Source of the DNA: Eledone cirrhosa
Taxonomy: Eukaryota
DNA length: 64,000 nucleotides
NCBI GenBank assembly: GCA_964016885.1
Contig: OZ024742.1
Span: forward strand, 122,822,001 to 122,886,000
Direction of reading: 5' to 3'
Part shown: one piece after another, positions 11,247 to 24,660 of the stretch
Numbering within the stretch: position 1 is the stretch's first letter
Layout: each line of letters begins with the position of its first letter
Position numbers and translations under genes: made by a program
Notes under the pieces: generated by a model
The model's input: only the letters and a program-made list of their open reading frames with translations
What the model was told of the DNA's origin: nothing
Databases searched by the model: none

Positions 11247-12283
11247 CTAGCTCCGCTGTGCCATAGTGCGGCACCTTAGTTCCGAAGTGCCGTATTTCCC
11301 TCTGCCTCTCCATTTCGATACTACAACATCCTAGTTCTATATTTTCTAACTGTTTCACCCTAGCTACACAGGTCCATAGTGTGCCATCCCAGTTGCGCTG
11401 TGCCATACTGCAGCACCTTAACTTCAAATTAACATATGTCTCCAGCCTATCATTCCATTGCCACAGATGATCAGCCTAGCTCCATATTTCCAGATTGTGT
11501 CACTGAAGCTCCCCTATTTCCTAGTGTGCCACCCTAGCTCTGTTGTATTATAGTGCGGCACTCTAGCTCGGAAGTGCCGTATTTTTCCACCGTATCTCCA
11601 CATCGCCATACTGAAACAGCCTATTTCCATATATACATACTGTCTGTAAAGCATTCTAGTGCCATATTTTACACCCTAGATTCTCAGTGCCATACTACGA
11701 CACCTTAGATTCAAAGTGTCATATTTTGCTATGCTCTCTCCCCATTGCCATATAGGTAACCCTAGTTCCATATTTCTACACTGTGTAAGTGAAGCTTCTG
11801 AATTCCATAGTGCCACCCAATTTCGTTGTGCCATAGTGTGGAATCTTAGCTCTGAACTGCCGTATTTTCCCACCGTATCTCCCCATTGCCATACTGTGGC
11901 ATCCTAGTTCTATACTTCCATACAGTATCCCTCAAGCTTACTATTTCCATAATGAGCCGCCATTGCTCCGTTATGTTATACTGCAGGACCTTAACTCATG
12001 AGTGCCATATTTTACCACACTATCTCCCCATTGCCATACTTCGCCATCCTGGCTCCATATTTCTATAATATCTCATACAAACTCCACAATTCAAGAATTT
12101 ACCACCCTAGCCCCGCAGTGCCTTAGTGCGGCACCGCAGCTCCGAAGTGCCTTATTTTGCCACACTATCTACCCATTGCCATAATTCGACAACTTAATTC
12201 CATATTTCCATAATGTGTCACACAAGCTTCCTATACTGCGGCACCTTGGCTACCCAGTATTGCTGACCCTAGCTCGGAAGTGC
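11247..12283. repeat. diverged ~143-bp tandem satellite (~7 units)
   Basis: Motif (C)TAGCTCCGCTGTGCCATAGTGCGGCACC recurs near 11248, 11390, 11535, 11677, 11818, 11961 and 12107. Confidence 0.85.
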
Positions 12284-12421
12284 AAAAGTTGAAAAGGTGT
12301 CTTTTTTTTTGTTTTTCTTTCCCCATACAATATTCACCATCACCCTTCCTTCATTTTAACTCATTCTTCTCGCGATTAGAGTGACACACGGACGGACACG
12401 ACTCCATTTTTATTTATATGG

Positions 12422-12632
<211 letters not shown>

Positions 12633-12879
12633 TATCCTATTATTACGTTTGGTAAGGTGCGAGGATACACACTAAAAGTCCTCATGAACGGAATTCAGCT
12701 TCTTGTGTACAGTTTTGCTTGCAAGGTTAACAACATAAATCCGAACAAACGGACCTAAATGTAATAGCAACTACGTCTCACATCCGTATATAGTTATAAG
12801 ATTGCACCTAGAAACTTGCTTTGAATACAGTATACATCCCTAATTCCTAAGTGTAATGATTTGCATGAACTTGTTTAAA

Positions 12880-13425
12880 ATATGATATTAAAAGGACAAA
12901 AAAAAAACGGTTCAGAAATATACGATCAGGCCAGACAAAGACATGGCGGTAATATAGATAACATAGAAATTAAAATAATATCTAAACATAGAAATGACTC
13001 AACAGGTAGGCAAATCAGAGAAGCAAATGAAATAGACCTTAGAAGACCTAAGCAAAAACAGAAAAACAACGAATGGAATAACAACAACAACCATACCCAA
13101 ATAAACTATACTCCTTAAGGGAAATATAAATAAATAAATAAATAAATATATACACAAGTACAATAACAACAAACACATATAAACACAGACAAGTAAACAA
13201 AGATAGAATACAAAAACCAAAACACATACACTCAAACGCGAACACACACCACACATTATATACACACGCAAACGCATGCGCAGAGACGGAGGCAAGAAGA
13301 ATTAAATAAATAAATAAAATAAAAATGGCGTAGACATTACAATACAATACAATAGGAGGGAAAATAATAATAGTACCACTGATGATGTTGCAGATGTGCA
13401 ACGAAAGAACTTTGATTGACTATAT
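12880..13425 (+). mobile_element. 5'-truncated Penelope-like element (GIY-YIG C-terminus plus 3' region)
   Basis: ORF 12882-13118 (HGGNIDNIEIKIISKHRNDSTGRQIREANEIDLRRPK..NNEW) resembles PLE endonuclease C-termini. An HHR motif and (TA)n follow. Confidence 0.65.
13371..13422 (+). ncRNA. type I hammerhead ribozyme motif (partly decayed)
   Basis: CTGATGA 13379-13385, stem II GTTGCA-GATG-TGCAAC, GAAA 13403-13406, GAAC-TT, imperfect stem I TAGTACCA/TGATTGACTA. Confidence 0.7.
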
Positions 13426-13754
13426 ATATATATATATGCTGCTGTGTGTATACATGTATATACAGTTCTGAGCACCACTATACATTCGTAAACCACTATA
13501 TTAATATGTTCTTCTGTAAAGACATTTCTAGACCAATACTCCAAATTCGTTAGGTAATATAATTATAAATAGACACGCTATAACTTTGGGCTAAAATTTA
13601 ACAGGCTACTTTAGGAAAAGCACCGCTAAACTCCATGAGGCCGCTTCTCAGTTGTATTTTGCTGCGAGAAATTGGTATTTCGAATGCTATATATTGCCAA
13701 CAGAATACGATATCAGCTAATTCAGATCTCCATTTATTTTTGATCTTTAAACCT

Positions 13755-13755
<1 letters not shown>

Positions 13756-13839
<84 letters not shown>

Positions 13840-13848
13840 ACTACTACT
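13756..13848. repeat. compound (TAC)n(TGC)n microsatellite
   Basis: Seen directly. It explains the poly-Y/poly-C pseudo-ORF. Confidence 0.95.
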
Positions 13849-13937
13849 GGTGGTGCATTATTTTATCGACCCCGTAAGGATGAAAGGTAAAGATAACCTA
13901 AGTATGTTTCCTACATTTCCATCAATTTACGCATTTT

Positions 13938-14122
13938 GGTGGATTGGCTATCGGCAGAGCATCAGAGACCCGGCTTTGCAGCATAGAGTTATGGCCCATT
14001 ACGTGCTGAGTTCAAATCTAACCGAAATTAACTTTGCCTTTCATCCTTACGGGGTCCATAAAATAAAGTAACAGTAATGCATTGGGGGTAATTGCGGGCC
14101 TTGTGCCAAATGTAGAAACAAA
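13938..14122 (+). mobile_element. tRNA-derived SINE
   Basis: A-box-like GATTGGCTATCGGCAGAG, B-box GAGTTCAAATCT and the shared core. Confidence 0.85.
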
Positions 14123-14257
14123 TATATATCAATTTATGCGAATATTTTACAGCAGCCTCTGAACTAATTTCGCTTCGCTCCTGCTTTTCACACTCCTTTC
14201 TATGTATATTATTTAATGAATATTCTTCTATTACAAGTAATAGAAATAGTACTATTA

Positions 14258-14420
14258 ATAATTGTTTCTATATTTGGCACAAGGCCAGCAATTATCCGAG
14301 TGCATTACTGGTACTTTATTTATCGATCCCGTAAGGTTAACCTCGGCAGAATTTGAACTCAGACCGTAAAGGAACGTAACTCTATGCTGAAAAGCATGGC
14401 GTCCAACTCTCTACTGATAC
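14258..14420 (-). mobile_element. tRNA-derived SINE
   Basis: Reverse copy of the same family, tail-to-tail with 13938-14122. Confidence 0.8.
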
Positions 14421-14806
14421 TGCTTTAATAATGACGAAGTAATGCCTTTTTACCTCAACCAATAAACACAATATCTTACAACGTTGCACGTTAAAACTTT
14501 TTCATATACGATCTTCGTTAAATGTTTGTCAACGTCGTACATTTGATATAGTGTCTATTCTTTTAATTTGTATTTAGTTAAACCTTATCCCTTTTTATAA
14601 TTCCCGATGATATGCCGTTGTTACATGTATTATGCTGTGTATAAATAATTGGTAATTAACTGTTTCTGGTTAACTTATTGTTTACATATGCATGTAGAAA
14701 CTTATGTAGACATTAAAGAATGGATTTAAGTCCTTAACCTTGGGTTTATCTTTATTAAAAATAAATGAACACACACACACACACACACACAGACACACAC
14801 ACACAG

Positions 14807-14908
<102 letters not shown>

Positions 14909-14924
14909 GTGTGTGTATATATAT

Positions 14925-14971
<47 letters not shown>

Positions 14972-15344
14972 CTCGAATATAAGTGGTGAGGACTATATCA
15001 TAAAAACCGTTTTCAGGATAATTCTTAGAAATAGATATTTGGTCTCAATTAAGTCTTTTGACAGTAAAGTAATACATATTCAACAAATATTTCATTACTT
15101 CAATGCAACTAAAAATATCTTCCGGTTCAAGACCTTGTAGGAAATTTCATTAAATATTTGTAATGTCTAGAAAATATTTAATATCAATGAAATTGTTCTA
15201 TTGCTATTTCGAAAATCACTTTATATAGAATGATTGACCATGGATATACTCTTTGTTGTAATACTATGTTATTTCGGACTTCTTCTTCGTTGGGTCAGAC
15301 TTCTGACAGGTACTGGAATTATGTAAACCCGTACAGCCTGCTTC

Positions 15345-15610
15345 ATGTTCGAGAGGTCGGCGGCTGAATAGTTTCCCTACCACACTCTAGTATGGTAAGA
15401 ATGGTACTGCAGCACCATTTAAAAGACAAGGGCTATTAAAGGGCCGGATGAAACGGCAATCCACCCCAACTATGGGTTAAATATCTTCACCACGCCGCAA
15501 CTGGTCAAGCGTGTTGAGTACGGCTACACACCTGACATGACCAAAATTGAATAGAAAGCGGTGGATGTCAATCAAGGAGGGGTTCCTCCTACGGGTGTGA
15601 GAAGGGCTTG
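15345..15610. repeat. dispersed ~270-300 bp repeat (second copy 24378-24660)
   Basis: Shared blocks: GTTCGAG-GGTCGGC, CTATGGGT-AAATATC-TCA--A-GCCGCAA--GG-CAAGCGTG-TGA--ACGGCTACAC, GTGAGAAGG. Confidence 0.75.
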
Positions 15611-16144
15611 GATTGGATTGGATTGAAGTTAAATTCGTTAGCAATGGCACATATACAGGGTTCAATATTTTATTAATACTGCTGTTAGTCAGAATCTCCC
15701 AGATTATAAAGCGAAGTAATGTCTAATATATGTATATCTCTGACAATAAGCTACTGTAATATTGCACTCTATTTTCGCATGAACGGAAAACATGATTTCC
15801 AACTTTCAGTCATGAAAATATCTATGTAAATGTCACTTGTCTGTCAATTTTATTTACAGATTACTCAACCTCTCTAGAGTAACATGAAAATACAATCTAC
15901 AGAAAAATGCATATCCAATTGATTTTGGCAAAAGTTGATATATTAAATCGATTTAAATCTATGTGCCAAATATCTAATGCTATACAAGATTCTAGATGTT
16001 AATATCATCGTCTAGAAGCGTTATGTATATTACGAAAAATTCATTTAGACGGAGAATTGGATACTTCATTAGAACCTGAGACAAATACTTGGCTCTAATT
16101 GTTTCGGCTCTCTCTAAATTAAGTTCAAATTACACTTAAAATTG

Positions 16145-16198
<54 letters not shown>

Positions 16199-16344
16199 TT
16201 TGAGTATATATTGGTTGTTTACCGACGCCTCAATATGCAGATTGAAGCACTCGACGAGGTACGCAGGTTGGTTTCTTTATTCCGGAGTAATGTAAATTAA
16301 TTAAGTGAAATATGGAAAATTTGACTTAATTATTATATATATTA

Positions 16345-17873
16345 TAGCTTGTCCAACATGCCCCACTCACCGTCTAAGCAATTTTGTTGACATTATTTTG
16401 AAACCACTATGTATTCACATACCCAGTTTCATCCGGGATGATATCGACTTCCTGTCCCATCTTCCCAAAACCACGGAAACGAATTCACTTCTACTCAGTT
16501 TTGATGTGGTAAGCCTTTACACCAACATTACACATGATTTAGGAATAAAGGCGGTTAAATACTGGGTGGAAAAACATAGAGAAGTGATTCCCATTAGATT
16601 CACAGCGCCATTTATATTAGACGCAGTTAAACTTATTCTGGAAAACAACACTTTCTTCTTCAATGGAAAGAATTACATCCAAATTAGAGGCACAGCGATG
16701 GGAACGAAGTTTGCTCCCGTTTACGCGAACTCTGTAATGGGATACTTAGAACAACAACTCTACCAAGAAATAGAGGAAAAATATAGTACTGACTTTAGAA
16801 AGTACATTGAAAAATCTTGGAAGAGATACCTTGACGACTGTTTCATCATCTGGACAGAATCTCTAGATACTCTGGATGAGTTCAATATCCTCCTGAATAA
16901 CCTACACCCATCTCTCCAATTCACAAAAGAGATGAGTAGGACCAAATTACCATTCCTAGATATAATGATAATCAAAAACGACACCACCATTACCACGGAT
17001 ATATATTATAAACACACAGACACCCATCAATATCTGAATTTTAAGTGGTGCCATCCACCTCATACAAAACGCAACATCCCATACTGCCTAGCCAGAAGAA
17101 TTTGTACCATTGTAGAAGATACGAATACCAGGTACAAACGCCTAACAGAACTAAGAGAATTTTTGCTCAAACAAAAATACCCATCTCTACTTATAGAAAA
17201 TGGCATACATCGGGCTATAAAAATACCTATACAACAACTTAGAACAACCCAAGGAAGAAGAAACCAAGAACTGGTCATACCATTTATAATGACACACAAC
17301 CCATGTCACCAGAATATCTTCAACACTGCCAATGCAAACCTACCGATCATTGCTCAAAGTATTGAATTAAAAGGCTTAATCACAGATCGATCTTTGACTC
17401 TTAGTAAAAGACAGGCAAAAAATTTGAAGCAATTGCTAACAAAAGCAAAGTTTGACCTTAACAACAAAGATCAATCATTCACTGTATCTAAATGCAATGA
17501 TAATCGATGCGGCACATGTCAATCCATACACGCCGGTCAATATATGAAAACAAAAACTGGAAAAATATTCCCAAATGCAAATATGAACTGCAAAAGCAGA
17601 AATCTAATTTACTGCATTAAATGCCCGACTTGTGAAGAACTATATGTCGGTCAAACTGGAAATGCACTATCGGAACGTGCACGGGTACACCGTCAACAAA
17701 TCAGAGACCCAAATGTCCGTCAGATACCCCTAAGCGGCCACCTGGCAACATGTGGTCAGGGAATATTTATAATATTCCCATTCTACAAATTACACAGCCC
17801 AAGTGAAATCAAGAGAAAAATCAAAGAAAAGAATTTTATTGATAAATTCAAACCCAAGCTAAATGAACAATAA
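16345..17873 (+). CDS. Penelope-like RT + GIY-YIG endonuclease (5'-truncated but uninterrupted; Neptune-like)
   Basis: Motifs SFDVVSLYTNI, GTAMGTKFAP, RYLDD, PFLD, YYKHTDTHQY, Cys linker CNDNRCGTC and GIY-YIG NLIYCIKCPTCEELYVGQTG..R..HR. Homology starts mid-RT at ~16345. Confidence 0.93.
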
Positions 17874-18250
17874 TAACGCCTAAGGGTATTACTTCTACTA
17901 CCACTATGACCACGACCACTAACAACAACAACAACAACAACAATAATAATAATAATAAAAGTGATGTTGATGGTGATGATTAATAGAAAATGCTATTTTC
18001 ATCATTTCAAAAAGCAAAACAATTGATACGTCGGATATGACTATTGGTCGTTAGCATGCTCAACCAACCGTGACGCTTAAACCAATCAGCTGTAGTAATT
18101 CAGTGATACTGCACACTGATTGGTCGAAATACAGTTTACAGGGCTTTGCATTCTGGAGCCACTTTTCTCTGTATAAAATGTATAAACGTTAGGAAATTTA
18201 CCCATCTCATTACAGTTGAAAATTGCAAACTCGACTGTCACCACATATCA

Positions 18251-18289
18251 TGAACCTGAAGATTGCGAAAGCATGAAAGTACTTGTTCA
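18251..18289 (+). ncRNA. minimal type I hammerhead ribozyme in PLE 3' region
   Basis: TGAAC-CTGAAGA-TTGCGAAAGCAT-GAAA-GTAC-TT-GTTCA: perfect 5-bp stem I, GAAA tetraloop on stem II, palindromic AGTACT stem III. Confidence 0.88.
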
Positions 18290-18587
18290 ATTAACTCTTA
18301 GAATTTAATATTTTATCATACTATTTCATTATAATACCATTATATATATTTTAAAGGATTGTAAATAAAACGAGTAAATCAGACAAAGTTGGAATTCCTC
18401 TTATTAATATAATCTTCTATACACAATCATACACACCCGTGTATATTTACCTATCTATCTATCTATATATAATATATATATATTTACATATATACACAAA
18501 CACAATTACAACAGATACATATACAAAATACAAGTATATACACACATACGTATACAGATAGATATATATAAACATATATACATATAC

Positions 18588-18672
<85 letters not shown>

Positions 18673-18699
18673 TACACATATACACAACACATACACAGA

Positions 18700-20480
18700 A
18701 ATAATATCTAAAAGTAAAAAAGAGTGGGTATGTAAAGGGTAAGGTAGAATATAGGGGGAATAAGGAAAATAAATGACATAGGAGTAAGTTTAAATATAAG
18801 GGGAGATAAGGGAGAAAAAGAATATAAGAGTACAGCAAGTGAGTTCAAAAATAATAAAAGAAATAAAAGTCATAAAAATCGTAGTGGATGTAAGGCGTAG
18901 AGAACAGAAGAAGTTGAAGGTGGTTGAGTCATCGTAGGATTGTCAATCCAGTTACAGATCAGATGTGATTTCAGGTGAGGACAACATCTGAAGATCTCGG
19001 TCTTGGAGTTCAGGCAAGTTGAAGTGGCGTTCAAGTTTTGTAAAATCCTACATTTTTCAGTGGTACACAATGAACAATTCCTTCTGCCCCTTTGGTACTC
19101 CCTCGAATGGTCTAAAATAGACCAATCGATAGAGTACAGGATGTTTTTATCCTTGAATTTCCACACCTTATTTGCGAGAGCCGTTGCTATTCTTTTATCG
19201 CAGTGTTTAAAAGAAGCGACATGTGCATAAAACCTGTCTTGAGTCATGCCAACATAGCGTTCACTCCTGGCTGGCTGATTGTTAAATAAAGGTGTCACTT
19301 CGGCCTCATATACGACGGATTTGGTGTTACATTTGCCCTGTAATGGGCATTCATCCGGTTTCCTGCATTTGCATACTGGATTTATTCTCATACGATTAGA
19401 ATTGGTGGTTTTAGACTTCATTGATGGGCAGCAAGAGTAACTGATTTTAACTACATTTCTATTAAATAGCTTATGATATCTATGATTAGGAGAAAAATGT
19501 TTGTCTAAGAGGTCAAGGAATTTCCTTCCTACATTAGTTTTGACAGTTAGAGAGAAGGGGGTGTAAACCAAATAATTTTCCTATCCTATTATTGTGGTTA
19601 GTTTTAGGGGGAGGAATTATATATAATTAATGTTTTCTGTAAATCCGCTGTTATTAAGGGCTTTATTAAAATAAGGGGCGGTTTTGTTAAAAATGTCTAG
19701 AGACGAAGATAAGGTAGAAATCTTACGGCTAATGATGTGATAAGATTTTTAAAAACTATAGGGGGATGGCAAGACTCTTTTTGTATATACCTCAGATTTT
19801 CGTTAGGTTTATGATAAGGCTTAAAAGAGGCAGTAAGTAGATCAAGATTATTGTCAAGAAAGTTAGCTTTGTTAAGGTTTGTATCTATAGTAATTTTAAG
19901 GTTAAGATTAGCAAAAGTATTGATTAAATCTTTACGGAATTTATCAAAGTCATGGACGTTGGTGGTATGAGAAACTGCCAATCCGTCGTCACGGTATAAA
20001 CCGATATTATGGGAAGGAACTTTCTCTTTAAGGGTGTGGAGAAGGAATAATCCTACTAAGTCACACACATCCGCACTGTCATATGAACCCATCACAACAT
20101 CAAAAGAGTTTTCAGGTTTGACTTTTTAACCCAAATACTTTCATTAGTAAAGAGAAGAGTTTTTCTCGCATGAAAGATAATGTCTTCTTCTAATTTAGAA
20201 ATATTAACGAAAGGTCTTGCAAAATCTAAGGCTTTAGTTAATAAGGAAACAGTAATACAGGGGTAACAATCAACAATATCAAATTGGGTAAATGTACACT
20301 TATTTTTACCTTGTATGTTATTAAACCAAGAAGTAACAGAGGATGTATTTACCCATTGTCATAAGTCAGTCTTAGGTCTAATTTGGAGAATTATTTTCAT
20401 AAGATTTTTTTACTTGCAAGACCAACTCCGGATTTAGCCGGGTTAATCAGTCTACAACTAGGTCGATTAGTATATTAGGA
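18700..20480 (-). mobile_element. Naiad-like Penelope retroelement, frameshifted and 5'-truncated
   Basis: ORF fragments MGSYDSADVCDLVGL..GLYRDDGL..NFLD..PYHKPN (19697-20095) and CKCRKPDECPLQGKC..VVYEAEV..YVGMT..CSLCTTEK (18870-19571). Confidence 0.88.
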
Positions 20481-20579
20481 TAATATATGCTTTACGTTTA
20501 GCTAGGCTTTCAATCCTTTTTATTTATATATATATATATATATATAATATTTATGTATTTTCTTATATGTATATATATA

Positions 20580-21349
<770 letters not shown>

Positions 21350-21549
21350 ACTTATACACATATACTTATACACATATATACATATACATATATATATACA
21401 TATACACACACATACACATACATATACATACGTATACACATATATAAACGTACGTACACACAAACATACGCATACATATGTACGGACTCTCATACAAATA
21501 CGTACATACACTCATAAATATACACATATACACCCACACATATATATAC

Positions 21550-23360
21550 AGTATAAAGATGAAGTACGCTCTACATACGGAAAGAGTAGATAGGTAAGAA
21601 GTACTTACATGACCATAGTGCCATGTTTCGGGTCGAAAGGGGGTATGGGTAGGGTGGGACATGGTATTTTGTCGAGTGGGTTTTTAAAAAAAAATGGGAA
21701 ATGTTTTTTAGCCATCTGGCATCAACAGTGGCTTAAGGTACTTGAAAGCTGCAAAGTTTTTGTGCATGCAATTCGGGCAGTGTTCAGAGAGGTTCTTAAG
21801 TAGTGGGTCCTTGGCATATAATATTTCGTAGCTCTCTGAGATACGCTCTTTCTGGAGTATTTTCCATTTAAGCGTGAAGGGGGAGGGGTCCTTTTGAGGT
21901 CACAGACACAGGAGGCGAGTGTTGTCTGATTTGATTTGTCCGAGCCTCTGAAAGAGTGGTTATGGGCATACCACCGGGTCTGAAATTTATTGGAAGTCAA
22001 GACGATGTAAGTCTTTTTGTTGTTGCTGTCATCGGTACCTGAGATGACATCACATTTGTTTACGATATCAAGTGTCAGGCATTTGTTTTCAAGTGGGCAG
22101 GCTTCCTTATTTAGGCAGTTGCACAAGGCTTCAGTCCCGTGATTGTGTTCGGAGGTAGTTGGTTTATTTAATTTTTTAGAATTGAGATTGGCTATATTCC
22201 TAGCTAGGTTAGGTGTAGTGGAGTAGGAGAGTCTTATTGTGTTCTTATTGACGATGGTGTAGTATCTATGTTGTATGGGGAAGTGTGTGTTCAGCAAAGT
22301 GAAGAAAGTCCTAGATATAGGTGTAGAGATCTCTCTATTGAATTGTGTGTGTGTGTGGGGGGGGGGGGGGTACCAACTAATCTGCCTATGCCTATTCATC
22401 TTAGGTAGTCTTGCGGCGGTTTCTAGGTAAGTTATTTTTTCTTTAAATCCGCTGCTGGTGAGAGCGTCATTGTAGTAGGCCGGAGATTCTAATAGAGACG
22501 CTTTTTACTAAGTTATCGGTGATGTTTTGGGGGTGGTTAGAATTAACATTAATATATATAAGGGACTCATTAGGTTTGTGGTACGGGTAATACAGGGAAG
22601 TATCTAGGTCGAGAGTGACATCTAAAAAGTTGGCCCTAGTCATATTAGATTCTAAGGTTATACTAAATCCTAGATTACGGAAGATTGAGCTTAGTTTCTC
22701 CGAAACCCATCTGTGGTTCTGGGGTTAACCTTGTACAAGGCGAAGTGGCCGTCGTCTCGGTATAATCCTCCGGTGAGGCCAATAAAGTGGTTCTGCAGGT
22801 GTTGTAAAATGTACAGGCTCACGAGGTCGCTTATTTCAGCCGAATCACTCGTTCCATGCCGACGTCAAAGCGGGCCTGAGACTTCTTGTTGAGCCAGTAA
22901 GATCGCTCGTGGTGTAGAAAGGTCTTACGGGCGTGGAGGATTACATGTTGCTCATTGTTGGTTACGGTGGTAAAATTCATGGCAACGTAAGTGCGTCCTT
23001 CAGGAGGGGCTCTGAGATAGAAGCATAGTAGTCTTCTATGTGGAGTTGCAGGAAGCGAGTGTGGCGTTTGTCGAGCAATTCTTGGAACCAAGAGATTGCT
23101 TCAGATGTTCTGCTCCAGAGTGGGAGTGGTGAGAAACACCGAAATGATGGTAGAACTCTATCGAGGATCTTGTTGCTGGTAAAGCCGATGTTCGAACATG
23201 TGGGGTTGATAAGCCCGACTGATGGTTTGTTGAGGAAGTTTCCTTTGTGGTCCTTCAGGGTAAAGTGCGGGGTCTTTCCCCTTAAATATTCCGTTCGGTC
23301 GTGTAGTTTAAGGGACTTGGCGATTTCTTTTCCGTCCCCACCCTCTCCTACCACCAGAAA
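21550..23360 (-). mobile_element. second Naiad-like Penelope retroelement (degenerate)
   Basis: Fragments FTLKDHKGNFLNKPSVGLINPT (22977-23387), a YRDDG-type motif near 22750-22765, and CNCLNKEACPLENKC..KTYIVLT..RWYAHNHSFR (21722-22399). Confidence 0.88.
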
Positions 23361-23397
23361 AGAAAATATATAAATACCACCACCCACTTGGACAGCC

Positions 23398-23448
23398 AGT
23401 TTCCTGATGATTTCTCACGAATGAAACAGTTCTAGTCCTGTAGAAGCT
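23398..23448 (+). ncRNA. type I hammerhead ribozyme, antisense to the adjacent PLE ORF
   Basis: AGTTTC-CTGATGA-TTTCTCACGAAT-GAAA-CAG-TTCTAGTC-CTG-TA-GAAGCT. All three stems pair, with a GUA triplet. Confidence 0.9.
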
Positions 23449-23456
23449 CTTCTATA

Positions 23457-23522
<66 letters not shown>

Positions 23523-24377
23523 CATACATATATATGGATGAGAAGAAGGCTGTGTGTTTACTGATAACGGGTGTTAGAAGGTAAGGGGACACATTTTAAT
23601 GTTCATGAAACAGGGAGAGAATAGATTGTATATTTAGCCAAACTTATGAACGAGATAGTGTATTAAATGATTTTGTTCAATTATTCATTAACAGAAACTA
23701 TCTCTCACACTCTCTCCCTCTTTACACACACACACACACACACGCTCTCTCTCTCTCACACACACACAAATATATATATATACACCCACCACACATACAT
23801 GTGTGCATGCATGGTAAGATACATACATACATATATTATAGAATATATATCTATTTTTTTAAAAACTCCATAATTGAGGATGATTGATCGCTGATGTAAG
23901 AAATTTGACGAGTCACATGCACAGACTACAAGTATATATCAACGACAATCAATAGCTTTGTAGTTTGATTTTCTCATAATTAGAAATGATCGATCGATTA
24001 AAACAGTAATGAAATCTGTCCTTGGTGTATATATTAGTTATTTGAAGAAATCAAGGCTACGAAAAGCACTCACGTTTTTTGCTAGGCTTCAAATGACACT
24101 TATGGTTAAATGTTATGGGGTACTGATGTTGTGGAACTGTATACTGCGGTAGATATCCATATGCATATTTCCTTTCGGAACAGTCTAATACAAAGTAGGT
24201 AAGGCTAATTTTCTCTCACTAAAGTTATATCGCTGGGAAAATGGATTGTAATATAGCTAATATGTCTGTGCTGATTGTAATCTAACCGTTATCGTAATCT
24301 TGTACACGCCTTCAATTGTATAGTATTTTATAAGTGATATTTAATATGGCACAATGTAACCCACTACACCCTATTTC

Positions 24378-24660
24378 ACGTTCGAGTGGTCGGCCACTAA
24401 CCCGCTAACCCACCCGACACCGGTCCGGTAAGGAATGCAAGTTGAAACCCATCAGCACAAAAATACAAGGCCTTTAAACGGAGGATGGACTCCTCAGAGT
24501 CAATGTTACTTATGGGATGCCTATGGGTCAAATATCCTCAACAAGCCGCAATAGGCCAAGCGTGGTGAACACGGCTACACTTCTGATATGGCTAAAGGCA
24601 AATAGAAATTGGTGCATCTCAACCAGGGAAGGTTTCCCCCAACAGGAGTGAGAAGGCTAT
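24378..24660. repeat. dispersed repeat, copy 2 of 15345-15610
   Basis: Shares the collinear blocks listed for copy 1. Confidence 0.75.

Larger units (their letters stand above)
16345..18420 (+). mobile_element. Penelope-like retroelement with 3' HHR-bearing region
   Basis: ORF plus 3' region with an HHR, lying between (TA)n tracts. Confidence 0.88.

Noticed and set aside
16305-16344. ORF-track start of the 522-aa protein
   Set aside because: The GTG start lies in AT-rich flank. RT homology begins near 16345, so the element is 5'-truncated.
21600-21640. Minus-strand GAAA-CATGGC...GTCATG-TA half-hammerhead at the 3' end of the Naiad-like element
   Set aside because: No CUGANGA or stem I partner is visible, so it is at best a decayed remnant.
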